A stretch of DNA of 64,000 nucleotides from Naegleria gruberi (Eukaryota), in assembly GCA_000004985.1 (NCBI GenBank), contig GG738846.1. One strand, 5' to 3'. The notes under the pieces were generated by a model. The model had not been told where the DNA came from. It made no database searches and saw only the letters and a program-made list of their open reading frames with translations. The translations under genes and the position numbers were made by a program. The first letter of the stretch is position 1; each line of letters opens with the position of its first letter. This document shows, in pieces, positions 23,711 to 36,107 of this stretch.

Positions 23711-24764
23711 ATGGAACAACAAAAACAACAAGAAAAAACATTCTCTCCTCTCACACAGAAATATCAACATGTAAATACAATGATTTCTGGTGTCTTTTCA
23801 GGTGCAATTGCAAATTTTGCACTTCATCCACTTGATTGTATAAAAATTAGAATGCAAGCCAATGAGAGAGGAGTTAAAAGGTCAACCTTTGTTGGATTGA
23901 AGGAATCTGCTAAGGTAACAAAGGCTATTTATTTAGAGGAAGGATGGAGAGGATTTTATAGAGGTCTTAGTACAGCCATGGTTGGCTCTGGAACTGCTTG
24001 GGGACTTTATTTTACAATGTATGTGTGTTATTACATTTTCATAATATTTAAATGAAAATAGTTATAATATGCAAAAGCATAATTATGAAAAAGATTTTGG
24101 AGTTAATCAAGTACCTGCTTTGCAGTTGACTTGGTGTGGAGTACAAGCTGGAGTTATAACTAATCTCATTACACATCCAGTTTGGTTGATAAAGACCAGA
24201 TTACAATTACAAAATAATAATACAACAATACCAATATCAGAAGCATCTCATCATTTAGAACAAATCAGATATAATGGACCAATTGATTGTGTTCGTAAAA
24301 TAATCAAACATGAAGGAATCAAATCTCTCTATATTGGACTGACTCCAAGCATGTTACTTGTTTCACATGGTGTAATACATTTTGTTTGTTATGATAGAAT
24401 GAAATCTCTATATTTGAATTATAAGAATGAAAATTCAAATTCCACTCAATACTATCTCAATGGATGGGAATCATTTACACTTGGATTTTTAGGAAAAGGT
24501 GTTGCTGGATTGGTAACTTATCCACTCCAGGTTATTAAAACAAGGCTTCAAGACAAGAGTAACTACTATCACCAAGAACGATATACTGGATTTTTAGATG
24601 CTACAAGAAAAATTTATAGAAATGAGGGATATAAGGCTTTCTTTAGAGGAATTGTTCCTCATGTTTTAAAGGTCTCACCTAATGGAGCAATTGTGTTTAT
24701 GCTAAATGAGCAAATTTTGAAATTATTATTCACAACAGCGGAGAGAAAATTCAAGAATGAATAA
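23711..24764 (+). CDS. mitochondrial carrier protein, folate/FAD transporter subfamily (SLC25A32/FLX1-like)
   Basis: Two exons (about 23711..24018 and 24062..24764) split by a 43-nt GTATGT...AAATAG intron. HPLDCIKIRMQ, WGLYFT(I)YN, THPVWLIKTRLQ and YPLQVIKTRLQ give three carrier repeats. Confidence 0.8.
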
Positions 24765-24896
24765 ATACATATCATACTTTGGTAGTCTTAATTGACCAGA
24801 ATTATTTTAGAGAATGACACAAGTAGCTCTAAAAATCTTAATGACTTTAACAATCAAAAATTATAGTTTTAAAATAAATTTATTTGATTAGCAAAT

Positions 24897-25823
24897 TTAC
24901 TTCTTAACACTAGAAATTTCAGTACCACCCTTAGCACCAAGCAAGTACTTAATACGAACATAGATAGCGAATTGACCAGCAGTCAAAGCACCAACCATGA
25001 TAATTCTAGGACCGAGACCCAAGAAGAGACCACGTGGACCCAATTCCTTAGCCAAACCAGCCAAACGAGAGGTGATAGAACCTTCAGCACCCTTTTGCTT
25101 GTTGATCTTTGACAACAAGGTATCAGCAGGTTGAGAAATGATGGCAGCACAAGCACCAGCAATCAAACCAGAGCTCAAGTCAACAGCAGTTTGTCCACCA
25201 GTTGACATTTCACTCTTTGGCTTTCCGACCATATTAACAATTTGTTCAACAGCCAATTCGTAAACAACGAACTTAGCCATAGTGTATGGAATTTGCTTCA
25301 ACAAGATTGGGAAGAAACCAGAGTAGAAACCACGGAGGACACCTTCTTCCTTCAACAATCTCATGAAACCACCTAACAAACCATTAGCAAAGTCTGGTTG
25401 AGAGACCAAACGAATACGAGTAGCTTCCAATGGACACAAAGCAATATCAGCAAAGAATTCAGCCAAAGCAGATGAAGTCAAATAGATAGCAGTACGATTT
25501 TCAGAAGCCTTTTCCATACCCAAAGAGTTGACGAATTGCTTCTTGAAGAATTCGTAACCACCAAACTTGAAGGCACCTTGTAAGAAATAACCAGCGAAAG
25601 TTGGACCAACACCAGTCAACAAAGCAGCTGGACCTTGTTCAGAAGCAACTTGACGGAAAGTAGCAGCCATACCTCTGTTGTATTTAACTGGATCCAATTG
25701 CTTGAGGGTCTTGACAACGTCTACAGGTGTGAGGGCACCGTGAGTGAGTGAGCAACACAAAGCTCCAGACAAAGCGAAACGGGCGTACAAGTCAACACCG
25801 GTTGGGGTCTTATCAGCGCTCAT
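24897..25823 (-). CDS. mitochondrial phosphate carrier (SLC25A3/Mir1/PiC)
   Basis: 308-aa intronless ORF with three carrier repeats (PVDVVKT, PLEATRIRLV, PADTLLSKIN). High similarity to PiC. GC-rich codon choice is typical of a highly expressed gene. Confidence 0.9.
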   Translation of the reverse strand: MSADKTPTGVDLYARFALSGALCCSLTHGALTPVDVVKTLKQLDPVKYNRGMAATFRQVASEQGPAALLTGVGPTFAGYFLQGAFKFGGYEFFKKQFVNSLGMEKASENRTAIYLTSSALAEFFADIALCPLEATRIRLVSQPDFANGLLGGFMRLLKEEGVLRGFYSGFFPILLKQIPYTMAKFVVYELAVEQIVNMVGKPKSEMSTGGQTAVDLSSGLIAGACAAIISQPADTLLSKINKQKGAEGSITSRLAGLAKELGPRGLFLGLGPRIIMVGALTAGQFAIYVRIKYLLGAKGGTEISSVKK

Positions 25824-26124
25824 TATGATGTTTAAATATTTTTTTTAAAACAAAAATATTTAATTATTTTAAAAAATGATTGTTATCCGATATTTCCCTC
25901 TCGGATATTTTGAAATAATCGAATTAGCTTGCACATGTGGTGACTCTAGGTATGGAAACTGGAAAACATCAAAAGATTAATTCTTAAATGTAGTAGAGAA
26001 TCATGATCTTCTGAATTACAATTGCAAAGAAGTGGAGAGTAAAATAATAGGATTTTGATTGAATGGTGATTATTTTTGTAACTTATTCTTTTTTTAGTAA
26101 TTTTGTTTAAACATGTCATTCATC

Positions 26125-27485
26125 TTATTTATTGAATTTTATTTGAAACCGTTCAATCAATGCAAGAATGAAATTACAAAATTGTATTGATTCATTGTTT
26201 CCCTTGTCATGTTTCCTTAAAAAAGTGACATAGTTTTGGCAACAACTAAAATGTTCAGCTGATAAAACTAATGGTTCTATTGTGGATGCTAAATGAGAAT
26301 ATTCAGAATTTGATAAATGCAGTAAAAAATAAAGACAAACTAATGTCATTCCTCCAGAATTGGAATGATTTTGAACTTTTGTTCGTTCCAGTTTTTCCAC
26401 AACAATTTTGAAAAAATCCTTGAATGATTCTGGGGAAGTTACTGATAGATTCAGATAGGGAGAGAAAACAATATTCATCAATTTACAACTACTTGATTCA
26501 TCTATGCACGGTACAAAAAAATATTCCAATAATCTGAATTTCAATTTAATATTAATATAATCCTTCCTATCCCTTGTGTACATGATGAGTCTGTATTCAA
26601 ATCTTCTTCCATTTCTGCCAGAGCAGTGATATAGAGATGCTTTATATTGAATTGTTATCATTTTAAAATAATTAAAAAAAATAATTAAAACGTACCAATT
26701 AGTTTAGAGATGCACTTAATATTGTTTAACATAGCAATATCGAAATCATCATAAGTCTCATGTAGGAGTTCAATGTATTCATTAATATACTTCATCAAGT
26801 GATTTTCACTCTCATATTTTTTTTCATAGAGTAATAATGATAATTCAGAATAATCATTTTCAATACTAAATAGAAATTCTTCAAAGAATAAATTAGAAAA
26901 ATAATCGAGCAAGTATCTAGCCATATCGAATTCCATATTTCTCAAAATGTGCGAAAATAGAAAGGTACAAACAAACTTTTGATTCTTGTCACCAGGATAA
27001 ATATGAAAAAGTTTGGATTCATCTCTTGAATTATAATTAGGACTCTGCTCAATTTTCAAATCAAATCCAAAATATAATTCTCTTCTAATGATTGGTATTT
27101 CAATAAATATCCAAGTACAATCTTTTAAAAATTGAATCAAATCAATAATATCAAAATCAGATGAATTGAAATACATCCTCTTTGATTCAATTTGATCTCT
27201 GAAACATTGAAGAATATTTCTCCACAAAATAATCAATAATTCCTTTGAAGGTAAATGGTAGACTTGTTTTTGGTCTCGAGAAAAAGTTGATGTTAGCATT
27301 CGTAGTCTCTGAAGGGCTAAAGATCGATACTCATTCGCAGAATAATGCTCTGATTTAGCACTAGATATTAAAAAGCTTTCATTGTGAGCAAGTATTTTGA
27401 AGTGTGGTAATTTTCCAAAAGTTGATGATGTATGATAATATTCATCATCAGACATTGTAGAGCTATTATTTTGATCCTCATTCAT
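26125..27485 (-). CDS. hypothetical protein, probably two exons (track ORFs 26685..27485 and 26125..26661)
   Basis: The two ORFs are separated by only about 23 nt. A roughly 57-nt GTACGT...AAAG intron would keep the frame (..ISKLI|ASLYHC..). No domain recognised. Confidence 0.4.
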
Positions 27486-27550
27486 TTTTTTAGTTAATAA
27501 TAAATAAGAAAAAAATAATTTTTTTAAAATAAAACTCGAGTTAAAAAGAT

Positions 27551-28882
27551 TTACTTCTTGGATGGTTCCTTCTTTTCGACGGACTTGATAACACCAACAG
27601 CGACAGTTTGTTTCATGTCTCTGACAGCGAATCTACCCAAAGGTGGATATTCAACGAAACCTTCAACACACATTGGCTTGGTTGGAACAATCTTGACGAT
27701 AGCAGAGTCACCCTTCTTGATCTTTTCTGGGTTAGCTTCTTGAGTCTTACCAGATCTTCTATCAATCTTTTCAATGATAGTTTCGAACTTGCAAGCAATG
27801 TGGGAGGTGTGACAATCCAAAACTGGAGTGTAACCGTTTCTGATTTCACCAGGGTGATTCATGATAATGACTTGAGCATTGAAAGAAACAGCTTCTCTTG
27901 ATGGATCATTCTTAGCATCAGAAGCAACATAACCTCTCTTAATATCAGTGGTGGACAAACCCTTAACGTTGAAACCAACATTGTCACCTGGACCAGCTTC
28001 TGGGACAGAAGTGTGATGCATTTCGACAGACTTAACTTCAGTATCAGCAGCTTGACCTGGAGCAAAGTGAACAACCATACCTGGCTTCAATTTACCAGTT
28101 TCAACTCTACCGACTGGGACAGTACCAATACCACCAATCTTGTAAACATCTTGGAGTGGCAATCTCAATGGCTTATCAGTTGGTCTAACAGGTTCAACCA
28201 AGTTATCCAAAGCATCCAAAAGACATGGTCCCTTGTACCATGGCATCTTATCAGACTTTTCAATCATGTTGTCACCAGTCCAACCAGAAATTGGGACGAA
28301 TTGGACACAGTTTGGCTTACCTTCTTCAGTTTGGAAACCCAAAGACTTCAAGTATCTACCAACTTCAGACTTGATTTCTTCATATCTCTTATCAGAGTAT
28401 TTGACAGATTCATCATCGAACTTGTTCATACAGACAATCATTTGCTTAATACCCAAAGTGTAGGCGAGCAAAGCGTGTTCTCTAGTTTGACCATCCTTGG
28501 AGAAACCAGCTTCGAAACCACCGTTAGTTGAGTCAACAACCAAGATAGCAACGTCAGCTTGGGAAGTACCAGTGATCATGTTCTTAATGAAATCTCTGTG
28601 ACCTGGAGCATCAATGATGGTGAAGACGTACTTCTTAGATTCAAACTTCCAGAGAGCAATATCGATGGTGATACCTCTTTCTCTTTCAGCCTTCAACTTG
28701 TCCAAAACCCAAGCATACTTGAATGAGGATTTACCCATTTCAGCAGCTTCCTTTTCGAACTTTTCGATGACTCTCTTATCAATACCACCACACTTGTAGA
28801 TCAAGTGACCAGTAGTGGTTGATTTACCAGCATCGACGTGACCAATGACGACGACGTTAATGTGTGACTTTTCCTTACCCAT
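27551..28882 (-). CDS. EEF1A: translation elongation factor 1-alpha
   Basis: Intronless 443-aa ORF with [17 protein letters not shown] and NKFD motifs, near-identical to EF-1alpha across kingdoms. It lacks the roughly 12-aa insertion after WYKG that characterises opisthokont EF-1alpha. Confidence 0.97.
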   Translation of the reverse strand: MGKEKSHINVVVIGHVDAGKSTTTGHLIYKCGGIDKRVIEKFEKEAAEMGKSSFKYAWVLDKLKAERERGITIDIALWKFESKKYVFTIIDAPGHRDFIKNMITGTSQADVAILVVDSTNGGFEAGFSKDGQTREHALLAYTLGIKQMIVCMNKFDDESVKYSDKRYEEIKSEVGRYLKSLGFQTEEGKPNCVQFVPISGWTGDNMIEKSDKMPWYKGPCLLDALDNLVEPVRPTDKPLRLPLQDVYKIGGIGTVPVGRVETGKLKPGMVVHFAPGQAADTEVKSVEMHHTSVPEAGPGDNVGFNVKGLSTTDIKRGYVASDAKNDPSREAVSFNAQVIIMNHPGEIRNGYTPVLDCHTSHIACKFETIIEKIDRRSGKTQEANPEKIKKGDSAIVKIVPTKPMCVEGFVEYPPLGRFAVRDMKQTVAVGVIKSVEKKEPSKK

Positions 28883-29341
28883 TGTGTTGTTTGTTGTTTT
28901 TTTTCGACGAAAATTGTAATAGTTGTGCTTCGTCAGTATTTATCTTGCGTTTCCTTCAACAAAACTATGCACCGTTGGCTTGCGTGTTCAAAAATCGCGA
29001 TACATCTCTCTGCTGCACGTTCCGACTTGAAGGCCAAGCTTGGTTGACTCTTTTACAACGGAAAGTGGCAAAATGGCTTTGAAGGTGACACTTCAGGTAC
29101 CTACTCTATCCTTCTACAGTTTTCTCTCTTGTCATTACTAAAGTAGACCTTTAGTGAGTTTATTATTGAGGTTGGTTAGAGTTTGTGATTCTTGTCGTAT
29201 CATTCAAAAATATCCATATTGGCAGTTAGCTCCAACTGAAAAGCCACTCATTAATGAGTGCAGCAATACTTAGTAATTAAAATTTGAGCTTTGGATTTTA
29301 TGGGAAGCAATACGCAAAAAAATTGGAATTGAATAATAGTC
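28883..29341. promoter_or_regulatory. divergent intergenic region between EF-1alpha (-) and gene 29342 (+); presumed bidirectional promoter
   Basis: Inferred from position only. No motif identified. Confidence 0.25.
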
Positions 29342-31570
29342 ATGCAAGTGGATTATTCTCCATCATTACAACTAACATCATCAATAATTAATATTGATAA
29401 TAATCAAATAATAACAAATAATTCTTTTGCCGACAATAATAATAATGAAAGTAGAGTAAGGGATAGAGAGGAAATTTATCAACAAATTATTCATCATTTA
29501 AATTACCTTAGAAACAATACCTGTACTAAAATTCATCAAATTCAGCTCTGTAATTTAATAGTATCCAATATTGATTACTTACTTTATGAGTGGCAAGATA
29601 TAACTGATGACCTTGTTCAAATTTGGATGAACGGAAAATCAAACTCTTCACTCTTAAATTTAATAGTTTGGTTATTGTCTGTCTATTCATTTCTCTCGCA
29701 CGAATATCCAATACATACACAAATAGGTATTTTAAAATGGATCATAGATTTAAAATCGGGTAGTGTTAAAATTCAACCTGACCAAAGAACATTTATCCAA
29801 AAATTAGAAATTTTATTCAAACATCATACTACATCAACACTAATGATTAATTATTGTTTAAAAAATGTTTTTAGTTCTTGTTGTGAACCAATTTGGTTGA
29901 AAAATATGAAAAGTAATATTTCACTTCAAACCAAGCTCAATATTTCCTTTTTAAACTTGTTCAATTTTTCAAAACAACTTTTAGAGACAAATGATTTTAG
30001 ATTAATTGTTCAATCTCTTTTAAAATTCGGTCAACATGACTTAGCTATAGAATTTCTTGATGACAAGACATCTAAAATTGACTCACAGTATTCATTAGAT
30101 ATTGGTTATTGTCATTTATGGTTATGTAGCATTGTAATAGACAAGTATAGAAATAATGTACTTGACATGTACAGAATACCATTTAGTGAATTGATATATT
30201 TCATCAAGGAGGTAATTTGTTCAGAAAATGGACTTTTTCAAAAGACTCAATCTTCTGGAAAAATTGTTGAAATTCCAAAAACTTTATTTCATCTATTTGA
30301 GGATGCATCTCTCCCTCAACAATTCATGCTCAATGGGCAATTAATCGTAAGCAATCATATTGAGTTAATTATTGATAGATTAGTCCATGCATCAACACAT
30401 TTTCACAATGGTGGTCATTTGAAAATTGCTTTCAATATTTATCAAAGACTTATTGAATACTACACACAAGTGCCAAACTCTGAAAATATTCTTGGAGATT
30501 TGCACAAACAATGTTCATTATGGTACAATGACAGAAAAGAGGGAATTGAATATCTATCTAAATACTGCAAATATTATTATGTCTCTGTAAAAATAAGCTC
30601 AGAGAGACATGAGGAATTTATTTACAGATCATATCATTTTGAAAATATTGATACTCTAATTGAAAAGAGAATCAAAACTGATTTTCCAAATTTTACAATA
30701 ATCAATTCTAGAAATGTTCAAATATCAGAGGGTTCTGTTAGAATTTTACCAGCATTTGAAGAAAAATCAAATTGTTTTATAGTTTATGATTATCAGAGAG
30801 AGGACGATAGAGTTTTTCCTGAAGATGATAAAATTTTTGGATGTAGTAAATCAAGGTATTTCATAGGAGATGTTGATATATTTAATAATCAGCTAGATCA
30901 ACACTACTCATTAATGATTTTAAGGGCTAGGGTTATTAGCTCAATATCAGTGTTTGATGAGGCAAATCAAATGCATGCCAATTGTCATTATTTGACAAAT
31001 ATGGATAAATATATCAAGAGAACGAGCCAAATACTGGCCCAAAATATTGTCAATGGTGTTTCACTGACAGATTCAACAACGTGCTATAATTTATTTCTAT
31101 TCATTGGTAATTTAATATTTGATATTATGGAGGGAGGAAAGTTGGATTATGTTTTAGGATTAAATCAATGTAAACAAATTATTTATTGCTACAAAGGAAT
31201 TTATAGAGATGAATTGGCAGATAGAAAGAAGGAAATTAGAAGAAAATGGATGAAGGAGAGAAAGTTCGCCACTGAAAACAAACTTGAACCACCACTAGAA
31301 CCAAGTTTGACAAATCTAATTGAACATAATGAAGAATTCTTAAAGCTTAAAGATGCATTTAATCAATTAATGGACTCTATCAATCATGCATTCATTCTTT
31401 ATAAGGAATTGGGAACAGCAATCTATAAAAATTACAAAGGTGTACCAGAAACGTTGGAAAAGGTACAAATACTCAAGTTACAAACCTTAACATTACTAAG
31501 TGAATTACCCTCAGTTATTGAAGAAATCACAACAAGCACCAGCACTGCTTCAGAACAATTAAATATTTAA
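29342..31570 (+). CDS. hypothetical protein (742 aa)
   Basis: Long ORF with an N-terminal Asn-rich stretch. No motif recognised. Confidence 0.45.
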   Translation: MQVDYSPSLQLTSSIINIDNNQIITNNSFADNNNNESRVRDREEIYQQIIHHLNYLRNNTCTKIHQIQLCNLIVSNIDYLLYEWQDITDDLVQIWMNGKSNSSLLNLIVWLLSVYSFLSHEYPIHTQIGILKWIIDLKSGSVKIQPDQRTFIQKLEILFKHHTTSTLMINYCLKNVFSSCCEPIWLKNMKSNISLQTKLNISFLNLFNFSKQLLETNDFRLIVQSLLKFGQHDLAIEFLDDKTSKIDSQYSLDIGYCHLWLCSIVIDKYRNNVLDMYRIPFSELIYFIKEVICSENGLFQKTQSSGKIVEIPKTLFHLFEDASLPQQFMLNGQLIVSNHIELIIDRLVHASTHFHNGGHLKIAFNIYQRLIEYYTQVPNSENILGDLHKQCSLWYNDRKEGIEYLSKYCKYYYVSVKISSERHEEFIYRSYHFENIDTLIEKRIKTDFPNFTIINSRNVQISEGSVRILPAFEEKSNCFIVYDYQREDDRVFPEDDKIFGCSKSRYFIGDVDIFNNQLDQHYSLMILRARVISSISVFDEANQMHANCHYLTNMDKYIKRTSQILAQNIVNGVSLTDSTTCYNLFLFIGNLIFDIMEGGKLDYVLGLNQCKQIIYCYKGIYRDELADRKKEIRRKWMKERKFATENKLEPPLEPSLTNLIEHNEEFLKLKDAFNQLMDSINHAFILYKELGTAIYKNYKGVPETLEKVQILKLQTLTLLSELPSVIEEITTSTSTASEQLNI

Positions 31571-31584
31571 AAAATCTATTTAAA

Positions 31585-32031
31585 ATGTCTTTTCATGATG
31601 TCAAAACACTCCTGCAGGATCGATCGGTTAGAATTGTGAATGAAACTAGTAGGCTTTGCCACTCACTGTTGGAAGGATCAAAACAAGATGAATACATTTC
31701 AAGTTGTACCCGATTAATGGCAACCAAGTATGAACCAATGATTACTGGATTTTCGGAACAAATAACATATATTTCCACAACAACAGTTGATTTATCTGTG
31801 CAGTATGTAAATTAAAACATTATTTAAATATTTATTAATTTATATGGATTTATCACCATTTATTTAATATTTTGATTATTTAAAAATTATTTAATGATTA
31901 TTAGAATTAATTTAATTGATAAAAGGCTTCAAAATATGAAACAGGCAAAAGAATCACTTGATGAAATAGTAAGCAAACTGAAAAGGATGGGATTTGAAAG
32001 TGAAGCAAAATCTAGAACCCCAACAAAATAA
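31585..32031 (+). CDS. small coiled-coil protein, probably 2 exons (about 31585..31802 and 31905..32031)
   Basis: Track ORF 31585..31815 ends just after a GTATGT donor. A roughly 102-nt AT-rich intron ending TTATTAG restores a frame encoding ..INLIDKRLQNMKQAKESLDEIVSKLKRMGFESEAKSRTPTK. Confidence 0.3.
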
Positions 32032-32132
32032 TAAATAATTCTGTAAATATGTAAAAATTCATATAATTACCTTCTAAAATTGTAGGAACAAATCTTTGGC
32101 GCCAAAGAAAAACCATCACAACTACAAAAAAA

Positions 32133-32584
32133 TGGGAGTACAAGAACTAGTCTCATCAAGAAAAGCAAAGGTTGTATTGACAACCAGTTTAGATGATAAC
32201 CATCCAATATCGAACATGTTAGATGATAAGGAAGAATCATTTTGGATCTCAACAGGAATGTTTCCACAGGAAATAATGTTCCAATGTGAGAGTGTATTTA
32301 ATATTCAATCAATTAAGATAATTAGCACCGGGAGTAAGTTTGTTACGTGATCCGAAGGAATAATTTATGGAAATTTAGTAAAACAATTAAGAGTAGAATG
32401 TACAGATAAAAATCAACCAATCCAATTTCAACAGGTAATGGACAAACAACTTGTTGATGAAGTAGTCCTCCAAGAGGAAGAATTTGAGGTTAAATCAGCT
32501 GCAAGATACATTAAATTCAGAATACTAAGTGGTTATCATAATTTTGTTAGTGTGCATTCAATCATTATCAAGGCCGAAACATAA
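32133..32584 (+). CDS. IFT25: intraflagellar transport protein 25 (IFT25/HSPB11), galactose-binding-like fold
   Basis: Exon 1 (about 32133..32333) contains FWISTGMFPQEIMF (human FWTTTGMFPQEFII). A 45-nt GTAAGT...TTTAG intron follows. Exon 2 (about 32379..32584) contains ARYIKFRILSGYHNFVSVHSIIIKAE (human ATYLRFIIVSAFDHFASVHSVSAEG). Confidence 0.8.
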
Positions 32585-32646
32585 AATGTTGATTTTACAA
32601 TTTTTGTAAATTTATTCAAAATCAATATTCTGATCTTATTTTTCAT

Positions 32647-33602
32647 CTAGCAAAAGTGGAATCCATTTCCTCTTCCACCTGCTGTTAACAAACTGCTAAG
32701 AAAACTATTATATGTTGCTTGACCAGTGACAGCTCCAACTTTTGCAGGATTAATTCTACTAGTCATGACTGAAAAACCATTTGGACCTTCCACTTCAATA
32801 TCTATGATATGAGATTCCAATCTGGAATCTGCAACAAGTCTAGCCTTAACGAGGTCAAATCCTAGGTTCTCAGCAGCTAATAAAATAAAAAATAATTATA
32901 ATGATTAAATAATAATTGATAATAACAAGTTACAAACCCAGAGAAGCTACTGCCATCGTATTGACATTGTTTGGAGCTATTGGACAGAGTGGACGAACAG
33001 GTCCTTCATAAATAACGTACTCCTTTGTAGGGTCATTAAGGGAAATTTGTAACTTTTCTTGCATTTCTGATGTTGTCAATTTCATACTTGCTGGATGTTT
33101 CTTCATGGTGACAGTTAATCCTTTCAAACTTCCTAACATTCCCATCTTTTGAATATCTAAAGATCCCCAAAGGGCACCACTACAGAATTCTCAAATTGAC
33201 TGTTTCATTCAAATAAACTTACCTTGCAATATAACATCCATTGGTTGACGTTTTGGCAATTGACCTTATTTCCTCCTCAACATTGATATCAGCAAAAGCT
33301 GTTGGTGATCCAACAAATAAATCACAACAAGACAAAAATTTAGATCCATATTCTACAATTATATTTGGATGGGCAACTTCTACAATAATATTTGGATTCT
33401 TTTCCTTGAAATTGTCCAAATTATCCAAATGCCATTCGGATTTTAATTGTTTATCTTCCAATACTTTATCAAATGTTCTATTCCACACAAAGGCAATTTC
33501 GAATTTTTTAGAAGCCCTTTCATCATTTAGTATTTTATCAACAAGGAATTGACCCAACAATCCGTAACCAACAATACCAACACGAGTCTTATTGTCTGAC
33601 AT
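32647..33602 (-). CDS. ASPDH: aspartate dehydrogenase domain-containing protein (ASPDH)
   Basis: Three exons (about 33223..33602, 32937..33179 and 32647..32875) with introns of 43 and 61 nt. VGIVGYGLLGQ, VVEVAHPNII, LVGSPTAF, LKGLTVTMKKHP, YEGPVRPLCPIAPNNVNTMA and a C-terminal GFHFC match human ASPDH throughout. Confidence 0.85.
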
Positions 33603-33736
33603 TTTTTTTGATGGTTGTCACTGGTCTATCATTGTAATGATTCGTCAAGTATTTCTTGTTAAATATTTATTGAACGATTTAAAGACAATAAAGAAAAAAT
33701 TAAAAAATTAAATACTAATAATATGAATATTTACAT

Positions 33737-36107
33737 TTATTCATCTGAATCCAGTTTTCTCTTTTTTTCTTGATCTGATGGAGATTTTGGTTTTCTCTTC
33801 TTTTCACCATCTTTCTTTACAGTTTTTCGTTGCATGGCTTCTCTATTTTGTTTCTTTTCCATTTCTGCTCTGCTCTTACTTCTACACCAAAAAGGTTCTG
33901 ATCTACAAACTGGTCTTTGTGAATCAGTTTCAACTATCTGAATGAAACTAATCTTCTTATTGAGTGCAGAGTTTGGAGAGGTATTTCCAAAGCCAAGACT
34001 CATGCTCACTTCTTTAATTGGAGGGAGTTTGACCTTATAGTGATGATCACGTCTCACAGAGACACAAACATCAAATGGTTCATCCGAACTATTTGTTGAT
34101 TTGTTGTTATTCTTTGAGACATCTTCTGTGAATTGAATAATTGAGTTCTCTGATAATAGCTCCATACAAATATCTGGAGTGTTCATAATATTTGTTGTAG
34201 AGAGATCACTTTCCTTTGATAATCCCCCAGCAAGTCCTGTTAAATAGTGAGCACTTCTCATTTCAATAGAATAATTGCCAATGAAGAGATTCATCATGTT
34301 TTGATCGAAAATTGAAATGTCAGCAATAATAGCATCACTACTAAAGAGTGAAGATTTTTCAAAAGCACAAGGTCTAATTCTCAATTTTAAAGTATCATTA
34401 ACAAATACTGAAAGTCTAGTTGGTTTAGCACTCTTATTAACTGTAAATCCCATTGGATCACAAACCATACTGAGAGGTGCCACTTGTTGAGAATCTGAGC
34501 CAGTTGATTCTTCAGCTGAAGAAGAAGTAGATACATCTAATTTACCAAAAAGCCACTTGGAAATGATACAACGAAGTGTAATAGAGTTTGGTCCAGTTAT
34601 TAGAGATTTCAAGTCTTCTTTTGGAAGTACAGCCTTTGATAACAGGGCACATAAACATCTCTCGTGAGGTGTTAATGCAATACCATCAAAATCTGCCTTT
34701 ACAATTGTAACAATTGAATTATCAGAACTGTGAATAAAGTAATCGAATGTTGGTGAAACTTCTCTTGAAGCACTCTCTGCCAAATATTTACCACCTGTAT
34801 TACCGCCTCTTCCTTGACCACCACGTTCTTTTGCTTCTCTTTTTCTTTTCCTCAGTAAAAGAAACTTGTGTGGATGGTTCCATTGTCTCATTATTGATGG
34901 ATAGAGAGGAGGTATTTGAATCAACTTTTTCAGGTTTTACAATGACATTGAATGATTTCTCTTCCTTTTTAAAATCAAAAGAAAGTTTTTCACAAATATC
35001 AACATTTGGATCAATACTTCCAATGATATCATCCAATTCTTGAAAGATGGAAGGTGACAAATTAGACTCCCTACTAAAACCACTGTACTGAGGTTGTTGA
35101 CTATCGGAGAATGTTGCATCATTTGTTGATATATGACTATTACCATTAATTAATGAATCATGTTGAAACGAATAGTTAGTGGAGGTATTATTATTTTGAA
35201 CTGTGCTAGTATTATTGTTTGCTACGTTGAGATGGTTCATTGAGGATAAGGTTTGGACAGTTGTTGGTCTTTGTTTGAGCATGTTTTCCAACATGAAAAG
35301 CCATGGCTTGGCAACATCTTCCATCTCTTGATGTAAATTATGAGATGATTGACTTGTCCCCATTAACATTAATTCACTCAGCATACTTGTTGGTTGAATA
35401 TTTGTTTGATTACTATTATTGATAGAGTTCGTGTAGGGCTGTGGAGTACTACTCATCAATAAATTATTGCTACTAATAGCACCATTGTGGTTCATTGAAG
35501 GCATGGGTTGTTGTTGTTGAGGAGGAGGAGTAGCAGTATTATTAGTTACATTGGTGGCTGTCAATGAAGATAGTACAGAAAGAAGACTTGGCGGTTGAAC
35601 AGAGTTGTTGACTACAACCATTGAAGTTGAATTATTGGATGGTATCATACTTGTGCCATGATTATACAGGGTTTGTTGGTGGTTAGGTATATTGTTATTA
35701 TTATTATTATTGGGTGTAGTCATGTTCATTAGAATATTCTGACTCAAAGCTTGATTCATTAAAACCAATTGGTTGTACAATAATTGTTGGTGGAGAAGAG
35801 ATTCATTCGTGATACTTGGAGTATTGGTATGAGTTGTAATACCACCACTACCAGCAAGAATAGGTTGGTGGACACTTTGAGTGGAACATTGAATAGGGTT
35901 GGTATTAATTATTGGTTGCGTAAAAGTACTATTATTTGAAGGTGGGTGAATGTGGTTGGATGAATAGTTTTGAATGTTATTGGTGATGGTGGATGGAAGA
36001 TGTTGTTGCTGAGGGGATGCAATAGATGCATTATTGGTGACTAGATTATTGTTACCAAGGAGAGTTTCAAAAAGTTGTTGTTGGTGGTGGTTGTACATTA
36101 TGTTCAA
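33737..36107 (-). CDS. Asn/Gln-rich protein with a conserved-looking C-terminal globular region and basic tail (possible nuclear regulator)
   Basis: Track ORFs 34800..36107 (N/Q-rich) and 33737..34924 overlap in different frames. They can be joined by a 31-nt GTAATA...GAGAG intron or by an assembly frameshift. The C-terminal region ends KKRKPKSPSDQEKKRKLDSDE. Confidence 0.45.

Noticed and set aside
27558-28531. Several plus-strand ORFs (27558..27743, 27608..27901, 28013..28531 and others) inside EF-1alpha
   Set aside because: They lie antisense to a near-perfectly conserved EF-1alpha CDS, and their translations are low-complexity. They are antisense-frame artefacts of a GC-biased coding region.
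27551-28882. Animal or fungal origin, suggested by CHID1, NAPE-PLD, ASPDH, INTS11 and an ENaC-like channel
   Set aside because: EF-1alpha lacks the roughly 12-aa insertion after WYKG that is diagnostic of opisthokonts.
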